31,824 nt of DNA from a virus (taxonomy: Duplodnaviria; Caudoviricetes): the IMG/VR virus record IMGVR_UViG_3300044678_001816, positions 1 through 31,824 of that record. One strand, 5' to 3'. Numbering within the stretch: the first letter of the stretch is position 1; every line of letters begins with the position of its first letter. The translations under genes were made by a program, and so were the position numbers. A model generated the notes under the pieces. It saw only the letters and a program-made list of their open reading frames with translations. It did no database searches and had not been told where the DNA came from. Below are positions 7,899-15,779 of this stretch, in pieces.

Positions 7899-8104
7899 AG
7901 TTTCAGTGAGGGACATAAACAACATGACCAAATTTATAATCATTCCACCATGCTTTCCCGGAGACTATTGGGCATTGGAATACAAGTATGGCGTCTACTC
8001 TACTCGTATCGGACGGTACGATACGAAAGAGCAAGCGATGCAAGCAATGCGCGAATATAAACAATTTTACGCTACAATCTAGTTTCAGTGAGGGACATAA
8101 ACAA
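7894..8104 (+). repeat. exact 29-bp direct repeat AATCTAGTTTCAGTGAGGGACATAAACAA (7894-7922 and 8076-8104)
   Basis: Each copy carries a GAGG SD and directly precedes an ATG. Confidence 0.95.
7924..8082 (+). CDS. small early protein (52 aa, MTKFIIIPP...)
   Basis: ATG after repeat copy 1; stop TAG lies inside repeat copy 2. Confidence 0.75.
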   Translation: MTKFIIIPPCFPGDYWALEYKYGVYSTRIGRYDTKEQAMQAMREYKQFYATI

Positions 8105-8281
8105 ATGAAAATCGTAATTAGAAAGAAGAATAACTCGCAGAACTATATCACCACGCTAGAGATACCAGACATGCAACAGCACCACGCGGAGTACCTACGG
8201 GCGGAGATAAATGTGCTGCTCTGGGAACTAATGCAAGAGGGTTTAACCCCTTGCTTCGCAAGACTTGAGAAGGGGGAATAA
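8105..8281 (+). CDS. small early protein (58 aa, MKIVIRKK...)
   Basis: ATG directly after repeat copy 2 with SD. Confidence 0.75.
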   Translation: MKIVIRKKNNSQNYITTLEIPDMQQHHAEYLRAEINVLLWELMQEGLTPCFARLEKGE

Positions 8282-8334
8282 TGACACCACAGTGCTGGTG
8301 GAAGACTCCAGTATTCGGATGGGCGGGACGCTAG
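8281..8334 (+). CDS. 17-aa Trp-rich micropeptide MTPQCWWKTPVFGWAGR
   Basis: TAATG stop/start overlap and AAGGGGG SD-like element. Confidence 0.35.
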   Translation: MTPQCWWKTPVFGWAGR

Positions 8335-8348
8335 AAAAAAAGTTTCGA

Positions 8349-8383
8349 GGGGGATTGACAAGCAAAGGCCAATCCCCCATACT
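8349..8383 (+). promoter_or_regulatory. sigma70 promoter (TTGACA-17-CATACT) overlapped by 9-bp inverted repeat
   Basis: TTGACA 8355-8360, CATACT 8378-8383, upstream A-tract; GGGGGATTG 8349-8357 / CAATCCCCC 8370-8378. Confidence 0.75.
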
Positions 8384-8433
8384 AGAAGAGTACCCAAACG
8401 GTACTCCAAACCAAACCAAACCAAAAGGAACAT

Positions 8434-8898
8434 ATGAAACTCAATAGCATTGAAGTGTCACGTAAGGTTGACACGATTTTCGGCAAGTCGGTGGAGAAAA
8501 CTGCTACCGTAGCCTTCCCGGTCTATGAATCGGTGGAGGATATCTCTCGCCGCTACTCAGAGGAAGCTCTTGTAGCTCTTGTGAATTTCAGCGTACGTTT
8601 GCTGGCCCAGAGACAGGCCAACAATGACCTCAAGGGCGCATCGTCGGGCCTCAGCGAATCCGATGCCGCTTCGGTGAAGCAAATCTTGCGGTTTGTGAAC
8701 CAAGCGAAAGAATTAGACGAGAACCCCGTCGAAGCGGCCGAGAAGATTCTCTCGAAACCGAAGTTCTCCCACCTCCGGGCAATTTTCGAGGGTAGCGGGA
8801 GTGGTAAGGTTTCACTGGACTACAGTGGTACTGAGATGGTTGACGCTGTAGAACTGCCCATTCTCCGCGCACCGAAGGAACGCGGAGGTGAGGAATAA
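8434..8898 (+). CDS. hypothetical early protein (154 aa), monocistronic
   Basis: Own promoter, AAGGA SD after CCAAA repeats, own terminator. Confidence 0.85.
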   Translation: MKLNSIEVSRKVDTIFGKSVEKTATVAFPVYESVEDISRRYSEEALVALVNFSVRLLAQRQANNDLKGASSGLSESDAASVKQILRFVNQAKELDENPVEAAEKILSKPKFSHLRAIFEGSGSGKVSLDYSGTEMVDAVELPILRAPKERGGEE

Positions 8899-8930
8899 CA
8901 ATCCCCTAGCTGAGTAGTTTTTCGTGCCAT

Positions 8931-8958
8931 AAGCCCCCGATTCGTCGGGGGCTTTCTT
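8931..8958 (+). terminator. intrinsic terminator
   Basis: AAGCCCCCGA-TTCG-TCGGGGGCTT followed by TCTT. Confidence 0.8.
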
Positions 8959-9452
8959 GCGTTTAAGGAACTGGCGCTTATTGATAATGAGTTCTCAGTA
9001 CCACCCCGCCCTTGCGTCGATGTTCCGCCCGTCCCCCGCAATCCCCTCCAATCCCCGCCAATCGCCCTACGCTGGCCTGCAAGCGATTCCCGCCCGCCAA
9101 AGGTACCTTAGCATACCCCGCAACATCGACGCGCTATGGGTCATTGTACAAGGCCCGTGGAGCGATCGATACCCTTACCGATACCCTGATACCCACCAAT
9201 CACCCACAATCGATTCTAGGCCCGCCCTAGCTTCAAGAAACACACATCCCCACACGCAACTCCCACAAGCTACCGCTACCAGCTACCCACAATCCACTCC
9301 CTTTCCACCCTCAAGTACCTTTGCATCGCCAAGTAAAATCACCGTGTCAAGTAAAAAAAGCCGCAAAAATCCATTTTAATCCAATAATGTAATTAGTTAT
9401 TAAGTAGGTTACCGAAGAGATTGGAAATCCAAACGGGAACCAAGCCGGGAAC

Positions 9453-9894
9453 AGTCCCCAGTCAATCCATACCTAGTCCAGAAAAGGGGATAGAGCGTTG
9501 GGACTAAGTCTCTTTAGAATCAATCGTTTGGAGCGAATAAGACTCTGCTATCCCCTAGCCTAGCGGGGTAACACCCTGTGTACCTATGTCTGCAAGGGGA
9601 GAGTTGATACTTCCTTACCAGAAAAAAGGATTAAGGAAGTGGTAGTATAAGAGATTAATATATTAAAATATATGAATATATATATAACTAAAAAAACAAG
9701 TACTTCTACTATACTTAACTTTTTTTACTGGTAAGGAACTCTCATTTGCAGCTACCTCGCACCCATACCCATGCCGTGACCTTCAAAGGCTAGGGGGTAA
9801 CAGCTACCCTATCCCGCTATCCCCTTGATTCCAGAGGGTTTAGGCTAAACACTATTTCCCCTTTTTCGGCTTGACTCTGGATTGACACAGGACT
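9453..9894. other. ~440-bp imperfect palindrome with AT-rich centre; candidate replication origin
   Basis: Mirror blocks 9461-9469/9878-9886, 9482-9490/9857-9865, 9517-9523/9825-9831, 9552-9561/9787-9796, 9611-9621/9728-9738 share an axis at about 9674. Confidence 0.75.
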
Positions 9895-9899
9895 ATACT
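9871..9899 (+). promoter_or_regulatory. sigma70 promoter (TTGACT-17-TATACT)
   Basis: Near-consensus hexamers with 17-bp spacer, inside the right arm of the palindrome. Confidence 0.8.
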
Positions 9900-9945
9900 A
9901 GTAGTGGCCGAGACTCCAGACCGAGAGAGACACGATAACCTACTT

Positions 9946-10719
9946 ATGAGACTATGTGAATTCAATGAAGCGGATAGACTTTGTGAAGGGGAAACAATCC
10001 CCTTTTCTAAGTACTGTAAAACTCATCACGATAATATAGTGAATGAGATGAAACGAGTACGTAAAGAGAACTCGCAGAAAGAAGAGATAGAGCGTAAACA
10101 TGATTTTAGTACGCTCAAAGAAGCAAATATCGCGGGTCATGTACGTTCTATTCGCTTAGAGATAGGCGATAGCGTACGTATTGACGGTGAACAATTAGCT
10201 GCTAACATGCTTGGCGCAATGCCAACGTTAAATCAAGCTGAGAGACTTAAAATTATCATGTCCGCCCAAGATATGATGCAACATAATTTTAAGGATAAAC
10301 CGGAGTTGCTGGAATTGCTTGCAATCGAACAATTCTTTCAGACGTGCTTAGAGATTAGCAAGTCTCTGGTACAACTCAAGAAAACTAAACTGGGCATTCA
10401 AACTAAGGATGCAATTATTAAGGCAAGCGTCGAATCAAAGGAACGTGAGCGTAAAGTTAAAACCAAGCAATCCCTAGACAACATCAAAGTAACCAAAGGG
10501 AATGGGGAAAAGGTATTCTCCCATACTGCGCTCGATCTGGTTAAGGATGTTTTCTACGTTAGCGAAGCATTGGATAAAGATTCAGCCAAGCTAATGAAAA
10601 AACTATGTGACAGAATTCTAGTCTCAAGTGAACTAGATGCGTTAGATAAGGCTACAATGGTCGAATTATTCAATAAACCATTGTTTGTTCCGCTAAAAAA
10701 GTTCATTACGTTCAAATAA
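9946..10719 (+). CDS. hypothetical protein with N-terminal C-C-C-H zinc-finger-like motif
   Basis: CEFNEADRLC...YCKTHH; ATG 9946 preferred because GTG 9904 sits at the predicted transcription start. Confidence 0.75.
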   Translation: MRLCEFNEADRLCEGETIPFSKYCKTHHDNIVNEMKRVRKENSQKEEIERKHDFSTLKEANIAGHVRSIRLEIGDSVRIDGEQLAANMLGAMPTLNQAERLKIIMSAQDMMQHNFKDKPELLELLAIEQFFQTCLEISKSLVQLKKTKLGIQTKDAIIKASVESKERERKVKTKQSLDNIKVTKGNGEKVFSHTALDLVKDVFYVSEALDKDSAKLMKKLCDRILVSSELDALDKATMVELFNKPLFVPLKKFITFK

Positions 10720-10752
10720 TCTCCCATAACCTCCCCCACAATTAAATTCTCT

Positions 10753-10791
10753 ATGGCGCGGCGTGCAATGCATTCCGCGCCATCATTATTT
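10753..10791 (+). terminator. hairpin (weak terminator or processing site) before helicase
   Basis: ATGGCGCGG 10753-10761 / CCGCGCCAT 10775-10783 then CATTATTT. Confidence 0.45.
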
Positions 10792-10804
10792 GTAGCGATA
10801 CTTT

Positions 10805-12361
10805 ATGACACCCTGTACCTTATGTAACAAACTGCAATCTATTGCAGAAACTAAAGTAGTCTATGGCAAATCATTGCACAAACTAGCTTGTGGACATCTC
10901 GTTCCAGTATTGAACGTGACACAAACTACTCCAATCATCGAAGAACCAATTATCGAAGAGATTATTCCCGACAATTGGCGCAAAGCCTATGCGTATCAAC
11001 GTGACGGCGTGTTATGGGCAGAATCTAACGGAATTCGTTGTCTCATTGCAGACGAACCGGGATTAGGTAAGACGGTACAAGCGTTGTTATTGCTTGATCG
11101 TAATTACGTCAAATTAACACCAACGCTAATCATCGTTCCGGCCGCGTTAACTTTGCAATGGTATCGTTTCTGCAATACGTGGCTATCGTCGCATAACCTT
11201 AAAGTTAAGCCGATTATGCACGTTGGTGAGGGTTTCGAGATTATGCCAGACGAAAACATTGTCATCATCTCAAACGCTTTAATCGCGCATCCCAAAACAC
11301 TCAAGTCAATTAAAGAATACGGATTTAAGTGTATTATTGCAGACGAATCTCACCATTTCAAGTCTGAGAAAGCGTCTCGTACACAAGCGTTCGTTGAAAT
11401 ATGCGAAGCTATTGAGCACGTTATTTTATTAAGCGGTACGCCATTAGTTAACAACGTCATGGAGTATTACACTACGCTCAAAGTACTAAACAACTCGCAT
11501 TGGTACAATCGCTACAATCTTGCGAGGCTTTGCGATACGGATTCCAAAGGCAAATTGTTAGGAATCCGCGAGTACAACCGCCAATGGTTTTTCGAGCGGA
11601 TTAGCAAGTATGTAATTCGCCGCCAGAAAAAAGACCATCTCAAGGATTTACCATCGTTTCGTCGCGACAAAACGTTTCTCAATTCCGACGATAAACTATA
11701 CGTCAAAACGTACAATATGTATGCAGACTTGATCGAAGAATGCATTACTAAAAACGACTTCTCGCAAGTCATTGGCATTCTTGCGAAAATTCGTCACATT
11801 ACCGGATTAGTTAAGATCAAAGCCGTTTTCGAGAAAGTTATCGAACTAATCGAGGGTACCGATGGCAAGATTTGCATTGGCGTGCATCACCAATCCGTTG
11901 CAACGCGATTAATTGACATGCTAACAGAATATGCCAATGAGGTCGGCGACGATTCGTTGATTCCATTATCCATGAATAGTTCGCAGAGTGTTTTCGAGAA
12001 ACAAGCTGTCGAAGATAAGTTTAGAAATGAGAAGCGTATTCTCGTCGCGTCGATTCTTGCAACCGCTGAAGGGCGTAACATGCAGTTCTGTAATCAAGTC
12101 ATCATTGCAGAACGCGAGTGGAATCCAGCCAAAGAAGAACAATTCGAACAACGTTTCTGGCGCAATGGTCAAACGCTTCCTGTTACCGCTGAGTATTTTA
12201 TGGTAAAAAACACTCTCGATGAATGGTTAGACGAGATTGTAGATATGAAGCGTGAGGTTGTTAATAGCGGCGCCGACGAAAACATTGATATTAATTACGA
12301 TCTTATGCGCGTACTTGCCGGACGTATCACCAATACACGTTTGAGAGTTGCGGGCGTGTAG
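10805..12361 (+). CDS. SNF2-family helicase/translocase
   Basis: LIADEPGLGKT, IIADESH, LLSGTP, EWNP, QFEQRFWRNGQ; N-terminal CxxC...CGH. Confidence 0.95.
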   Translation: MTPCTLCNKLQSIAETKVVYGKSLHKLACGHLVPVLNVTQTTPIIEEPIIEEIIPDNWRKAYAYQRDGVLWAESNGIRCLIADEPGLGKTVQALLLLDRNYVKLTPTLIIVPAALTLQWYRFCNTWLSSHNLKVKPIMHVGEGFEIMPDENIVIISNALIAHPKTLKSIKEYGFKCIIADESHHFKSEKASRTQAFVEICEAIEHVILLSGTPLVNNVMEYYTTLKVLNNSHWYNRYNLARLCDTDSKGKLLGIREYNRQWFFERISKYVIRRQKKDHLKDLPSFRRDKTFLNSDDKLYVKTYNMYADLIEECITKNDFSQVIGILAKIRHITGLVKIKAVFEKVIELIEGTDGKICIGVHHQSVATRLIDMLTEYANEVGDDSLIPLSMNSSQSVFEKQAVEDKFRNEKRILVASILATAEGRNMQFCNQVIIAEREWNPAKEEQFEQRFWRNGQTLPVTAEYFMVKNTLDEWLDEIVDMKREVVNSGADENIDINYDLMRVLAGRITNTRLRVAGV

Positions 12362-12363
12362 GA

Positions 12364-12386
12364 CGTAGCGAGCGCAGCGAGCGGAG
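12364..12386 (+). repeat. 23-bp motif CGTAGCGAGCGCAGCGAGCGGAG, copy 2
   Basis: Exact inverted copy of 5360-5382; both copies are followed shortly by ACAAGT and a start codon. Confidence 0.9.
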
Positions 12387-12394
12387 ACAAGTTA

Positions 12395-12523
12395 ATGCAA
12401 ATATTTCTAATGTTGTGGTTAACCCTAGTTATTGGACTAGTATGTTTAGCGTTCTTACTGTACCAAATACATCCATTACTTGGATTAATTTGTATATTAT
12501 TCGCGTTTCGTGCTTGTAAGTAG
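12395..12523 (+). CDS. 42-aa hydrophobic membrane protein (MQIFLMLWLTLVIGLVCLAFLL...), not in ORF track
   Basis: GGAG SD from the 23-mer; two hydrophobic stretches. Confidence 0.6.
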   Translation: MQIFLMLWLTLVIGLVCLAFLLYQIHPLLGLICILFAFRACK

Positions 12524-12603
12524 GCTCATAGAATCCATAACAAACAACGAACAACAAACAACAAACAACTTTACATTTGTTGTGGATTCAATTGAGGTTA
12601 TTT

Positions 12604-13032
12604 ATGCAAACATTTCTTCCATTCTCTGATTTTGAAGCATCGCTCAGGACGCTAGATTATCTTCGCTTAGGTAAACAACGCGTCGAAGCATTGCAAATTA
12701 TTAACTCGCTAGTCGATCCGAATTATGGTTACAAACATCATCCGGTGAAAGCTATGTGGGAAGATTTTATTCCTGCGCTTAAGTATTATTGTAACCTTTC
12801 CATTTTACTATGGGAATCCAAAGGTTACCAAAATAGTATGATGTTGTATGACGTCCCAGAGATTGTGGAAATTCCATATTTCTCGGCGGAATTATACCTC
12901 TCGCATCGCTCCAATCTTATTCGCAAAGATCCATTGCATTATAGTAAGTTTTTTCCTGATACTCCAGACAATTTACCATATGAATGGGTCAAACCAATCA
13001 CATCTTACCGAATCAAAACGAGGTTATATTAA
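12604..13032 (+). CDS. pyrimidine dimer DNA glycosylase-like protein (MSMEG_6728 type)
   Basis: MQTFLP...LDYLRLGKQRVEALQI, HHPVKAMW, SHRSNLIRKDP, LPYEW; GAGG SD. Confidence 0.85.
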   Translation: MQTFLPFSDFEASLRTLDYLRLGKQRVEALQIINSLVDPNYGYKHHPVKAMWEDFIPALKYYCNLSILLWESKGYQNSMMLYDVPEIVEIPYFSAELYLSHRSNLIRKDPLHYSKFFPDTPDNLPYEWVKPITSYRIKTRLY

Positions 13033-13487
13033 TGACGCAAGAAGAGCGGATTAAAAACGCAGAAACTTTAATTAAATACATGCGAAAGTTTCCACAGGTA
13101 TTTAATATGGAGCGCGTTGCAATATCAACTAATCCAGAAGGAGAAACTCGTAGTCTTTCTGCCCGCGAAGCTAGACACGCGATCGAAACTAACGAATGTG
13201 GTTCTAGTTGTTGCATTGTAGGCTATATTGGCGCTTTAATAGCAGAAGAAATTCACTATAAAAGTGTCACATCATTAGATGTTAAACATTATCTAGGCCT
13301 AGATCTTGATCTGACTTATGCGCTCTTCTTTCCTGGAGTAATGTACGGTCGAAGGCAGCAACACCATTTTCCTAAGAGCCATACCATTACTTCGAGCGAT
13401 GTGAAAGTAGCGGCCAAAGCAATCAGAATCGCAGTTAATTTACAAAATGAGCGTGACAACGTGGAGAAGCAAAACGATGACGATTAA
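13032..13487 (+). CDS. hypothetical protein, CGxxCCIxG family, paralog 1
   Basis: TAATG overlap; LIKYMRKFPQVFNM and ECGSSCCIVGY. Confidence 0.8.
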   Translation: MTQEERIKNAETLIKYMRKFPQVFNMERVAISTNPEGETRSLSAREARHAIETNECGSSCCIVGYIGALIAEEIHYKSVTSLDVKHYLGLDLDLTYALFFPGVMYGRRQQHHFPKSHTITSSDVKVAAKAIRIAVNLQNERDNVEKQNDDD

Positions 13488-13923
13488 ACAACGTACAAAG
13501 AACATGAACAAACTAATCAAGTTCATGCGTAAATACCCGCATTCATTTAACATGAATTATGTCGGGACAATTGTATCAACAGCCGAGAATAATGACATAA
13601 AATTCTCTATACTCAACTTGTATGAATTTCATGGAGCAATATCCACTAACGCATGTGGAGCAGCGTGTTGTATAATCGGATACACTAATGCAGTAACAAA
13701 TGACGGCACAAGTGACTATCGTTTTACTGATGTACATGAGTTCCTTGGAGTGAGTGAAGAGGTAGCAAGGGAGCTTTGCTATCCAGGTCTAGGCACAAGA
13801 TTTTATCCAGAGTTAAGTTATGACACAAAAGACGTAGAAGTAGGAATTGAGTTCATTAAAGAAGTTTGCGAGGAACAAAATGATTTACAACGAGCAAGAA
13901 ACATTAACAGAAGAAGGGCGTAG
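13477..13923 (+). CDS. hypothetical protein, CGxxCCIxG family, paralog 2
   Basis: GGAG SD; LIKFMRKYPHSFNM and ACGAACCIIGY align with paralog 1. Confidence 0.8.
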   Translation: MTIKQRTKNMNKLIKFMRKYPHSFNMNYVGTIVSTAENNDIKFSILNLYEFHGAISTNACGAACCIIGYTNAVTNDGTSDYRFTDVHEFLGVSEEVARELCYPGLGTRFYPELSYDTKDVEVGIEFIKEVCEEQNDLQRARNINRRRA

Positions 13924-14107
13924 ATTAGACAAGGAAGTATTTAGGGCGTTGATTCCAATTGTGAACAAATACGCAGCAAACAATTCAACTAGAGAAGTAT
14001 TCGCTGCAATAGTAAATGTAGCAGCTTGCATAGTTGCGGAAACATCGCTAAAAAAAGCTGTTGCTATGCGAAAAACAAGGCACAAACAAGCGCAGGAGGA
14101 ACTCTAA
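13880..14107 (+). CDS. hypothetical protein (75 aa)
   Basis: GAGG SD before ATG 13880; co-oriented. Confidence 0.7.
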   Translation: MIYNEQETLTEEGRRLDKEVFRALIPIVNKYAANNSTREVFAAIVNVAACIVAETSLKKAVAMRKTRHKQAQEEL

Positions 14108-14235
14108 TGGATCTATTTGAAGCCGTAACTGTATTGTTGTGCATATTTGGCGGGTTATTTGTAGTTGAAAAAGTTGTCCAATGGTTAGAAAAGGAGTTTT
14201 GGAACAATGATGATGACATGGGACCAGGCTTTTAA
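14107..14235 (+). CDS. 42-aa single-pass membrane protein
   Basis: AGGAGG SD, TAATG overlap, hydrophobic N-half. Confidence 0.7.
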   Translation: MDLFEAVTVLLCIFGGLFVVEKVVQWLEKEFWNNDDDMGPGF

Positions 14236-14389
14236 GAACATCGACGACGAAGTTGCCCGGATTAGAGCAACAAAAGAATTTAAGGAGAGAAATTACGCAT
14301 GTTTAGCTTACGAAGCAGAAGTTTTACGGAAATCAAAGTCGAATTCAATAGACTCTGGTGTATTTTTCACCATTCTCCAAGGTCGTTAA
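14207..14389 (+). CDS. hypothetical protein (60 aa)
   Basis: AAGGAG upstream; 3' half overlaps the next ORF. Confidence 0.5.
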   Translation: MMMTWDQAFKNIDDEVARIRATKEFKERNYACLAYEAEVLRKSKSNSIDSGVFFTILQGR

Positions 14390-14457
14390 CACGTCCCGTT
14401 CGCGGCGAGTATGAATGTTTAGAATGCAATCAGAGATTCAAGACACCGTATGCTTAA
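14299..14457 (+). CDS. 52-aa zinc-ribbon-like protein (…WCIFHH…GEYECLECNQRFKTPYA), not in ORF track
   Basis: TAAGGAG SD at 14281; C-x-x-H plus CxxC ligand set. Confidence 0.65.
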   Translation: MFSLRSRSFTEIKVEFNRLWCIFHHSPRSLTRPVRGEYECLECNQRFKTPYA

Positions 14458-14494
14458 CGAACATTTAACAAAACTAGACCGTTTGTGGAAGTTG

Positions 14495-14545
14495 TAGAGT
14501 ATATTTACTGGGCATTTACCAAAGTGCCCAGTGGGCTATACTCTA
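14495..14545 (+). other. long intergenic RNA-type hairpin
   Basis: TAGAGTATA/TATACTCTA and ACTGGGCA/TGCCCAGT stems joined by TTT:GGG wobble pairs. Confidence 0.75.
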
Positions 14546-14558
14546 GCAAAGGAAAACT

Positions 14559-14768
14559 ATGATTAACTTATTGACCCCAGAGCAGTTGAAAGAGATGGTA
14601 TCTGAGGAGCATTTCAACGAATTAGTTGAATGTTCTAGCATGATCGCCGCCGTTTCCGAATTGAATGGAAAGAGGAGTAACACGAGCCACTATGAACTGT
14701 ATCGTGCTGCTTTTTGTTTGGGCTATACATTAGCCGTTAAGCAGCGTATGAATGCAAAAGTGCAATGA
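14559..14768 (+). CDS. hypothetical protein (69 aa)
   Basis: AAGGA SD; ATGA overlap with nuclease. Confidence 0.75.
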   Translation: MINLLTPEQLKEMVSEEHFNELVECSSMIAAVSELNGKRSNTSHYELYRAAFCLGYTLAVKQRMNAKVQ

Positions 14769-15586
14769 AAAAAACAATCGTGTTCACTTCGCATACGCTA
14801 GGGGAGTTCTCGAAGTGCCCCAAAGCGTATGAATTTAGCCAACTCGTGCAAATCGAACCGAAAGGTAAAAAGCAAGCGTTCGTTCGTGGCAAACTTATCG
14901 GGCGTTGCTTGGAGATTTACTACAAAGCTAAGCGCAGCAACTATCCTAAGCTCGATTGGCTAGTTAGAACGCTTGCAAACATCATCGGTGCTTATCCTGG
15001 GCTAGATGATTTTGAACAAGAGAAGCTATCGTTGCGTTTCAGGAGTTATTGCAAGTTCTATGCTACCGAGAACTGGGAGATTATAGCTGTCGAAGAGTCT
15101 TTCTCCAAGATTCTTTACGAAGACGAGAACTATGTCTACGTTTACGAAGGAACCCCTGATATGGTAGTTCGCCTAAGCAACGGTCAATTAGCTGTAGTAG
15201 ATCACAAGACTCGTTCCGTCGATAAAGCCTTACTCGGGCTTGCTAACCAGCCGTTAGGTTACCTCTGGGCGTGCGATACTCAGTGGTTTACTTATAACTA
15301 TTTTGGGTTGCAAGATACTGGTGACTCTAAAAAGTGGTTCAAGCGGCAATTCGAGCGTTTCAATAAGGGGTTGATTGATCGTTGGGTTCGTGATACAATC
15401 GAAACCTACCATCGCGCCGTGAAAGCTGCAGAACAAAATAAATTCACGCGTTCGTACAATTGTGATTCAAAGTACGGGGCGTGTCAATTTTACAAAATCT
15501 GCAACGAGGGAGATGAGACTGGCGAGCAATTAGTTGTTCGCCAGCATTATCAGGTTAAGGATGATACCTATGGAAGCTGGAAATAA
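14765..15586 (+). CDS. PD-(D/E)XK exonuclease, Cas4/AddB-like with probable Fe-S cluster
   Basis: GTPD...VVDHKT catalytic motif; one N-terminal Cys (KCP) and three C-terminal Cys (NC...ACQFYKIC). Confidence 0.9.
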   Translation: MKKTIVFTSHTLGEFSKCPKAYEFSQLVQIEPKGKKQAFVRGKLIGRCLEIYYKAKRSNYPKLDWLVRTLANIIGAYPGLDDFEQEKLSLRFRSYCKFYATENWEIIAVEESFSKILYEDENYVYVYEGTPDMVVRLSNGQLAVVDHKTRSVDKALLGLANQPLGYLWACDTQWFTYNYFGLQDTGDSKKWFKRQFERFNKGLIDRWVRDTIETYHRAVKAAEQNKFTRSYNCDSKYGACQFYKICNEGDETGEQLVVRQHYQVKDDTYGSWK

Positions 15587-15779
15587 AATCTGGACACTCC
15601 GTAAGATCGTTCTTCGCGATGGCTACAAAAGCAGTGGATATGCTTGGATACATCTTCCAAGTGAAACTGCTTTTGTGGTCAAAACCAAGGAATTTGGCGA
15701 AACGTTAACTGAAACAATTCAGTATTTGCATGACGCTTTGCCCCCTATCAATTCCGGAGATTGGTACTATGCCGAGTAA
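15570..15779 (+). CDS. hypothetical protein
   Basis: AAGGA SD, overlaps both neighbours. Confidence 0.65.
   Translation: MEAGNKIWTLRKIVLRDGYKSSGYAWIHLPSETAFVVKTKEFGETLTETIQYLHDALPPINSGDWYYAE

Noticed and set aside
7894-8104. 29-bp repeat pair as a mini CRISPR array
   Set aside because: Only two copies, with a 153-bp coding spacer; the repeat contains an RBS. The nuclease at 14765 is a stand-alone phage Cas4-like enzyme.
8294-8301. E. coli Chi GCTGGTGG (another on the minus strand near 6380)
   Set aside because: About one 8-mer hit is expected by chance, the host is unlikely to be enteric, and orientation is wrong for protecting an end near 7.1 kb.
8957-9379. Pro/Ser-rich 140-aa ORF
   Set aside because: Composition follows the C-skew and it starts just after a terminator; treated as non-coding, though not excluded.
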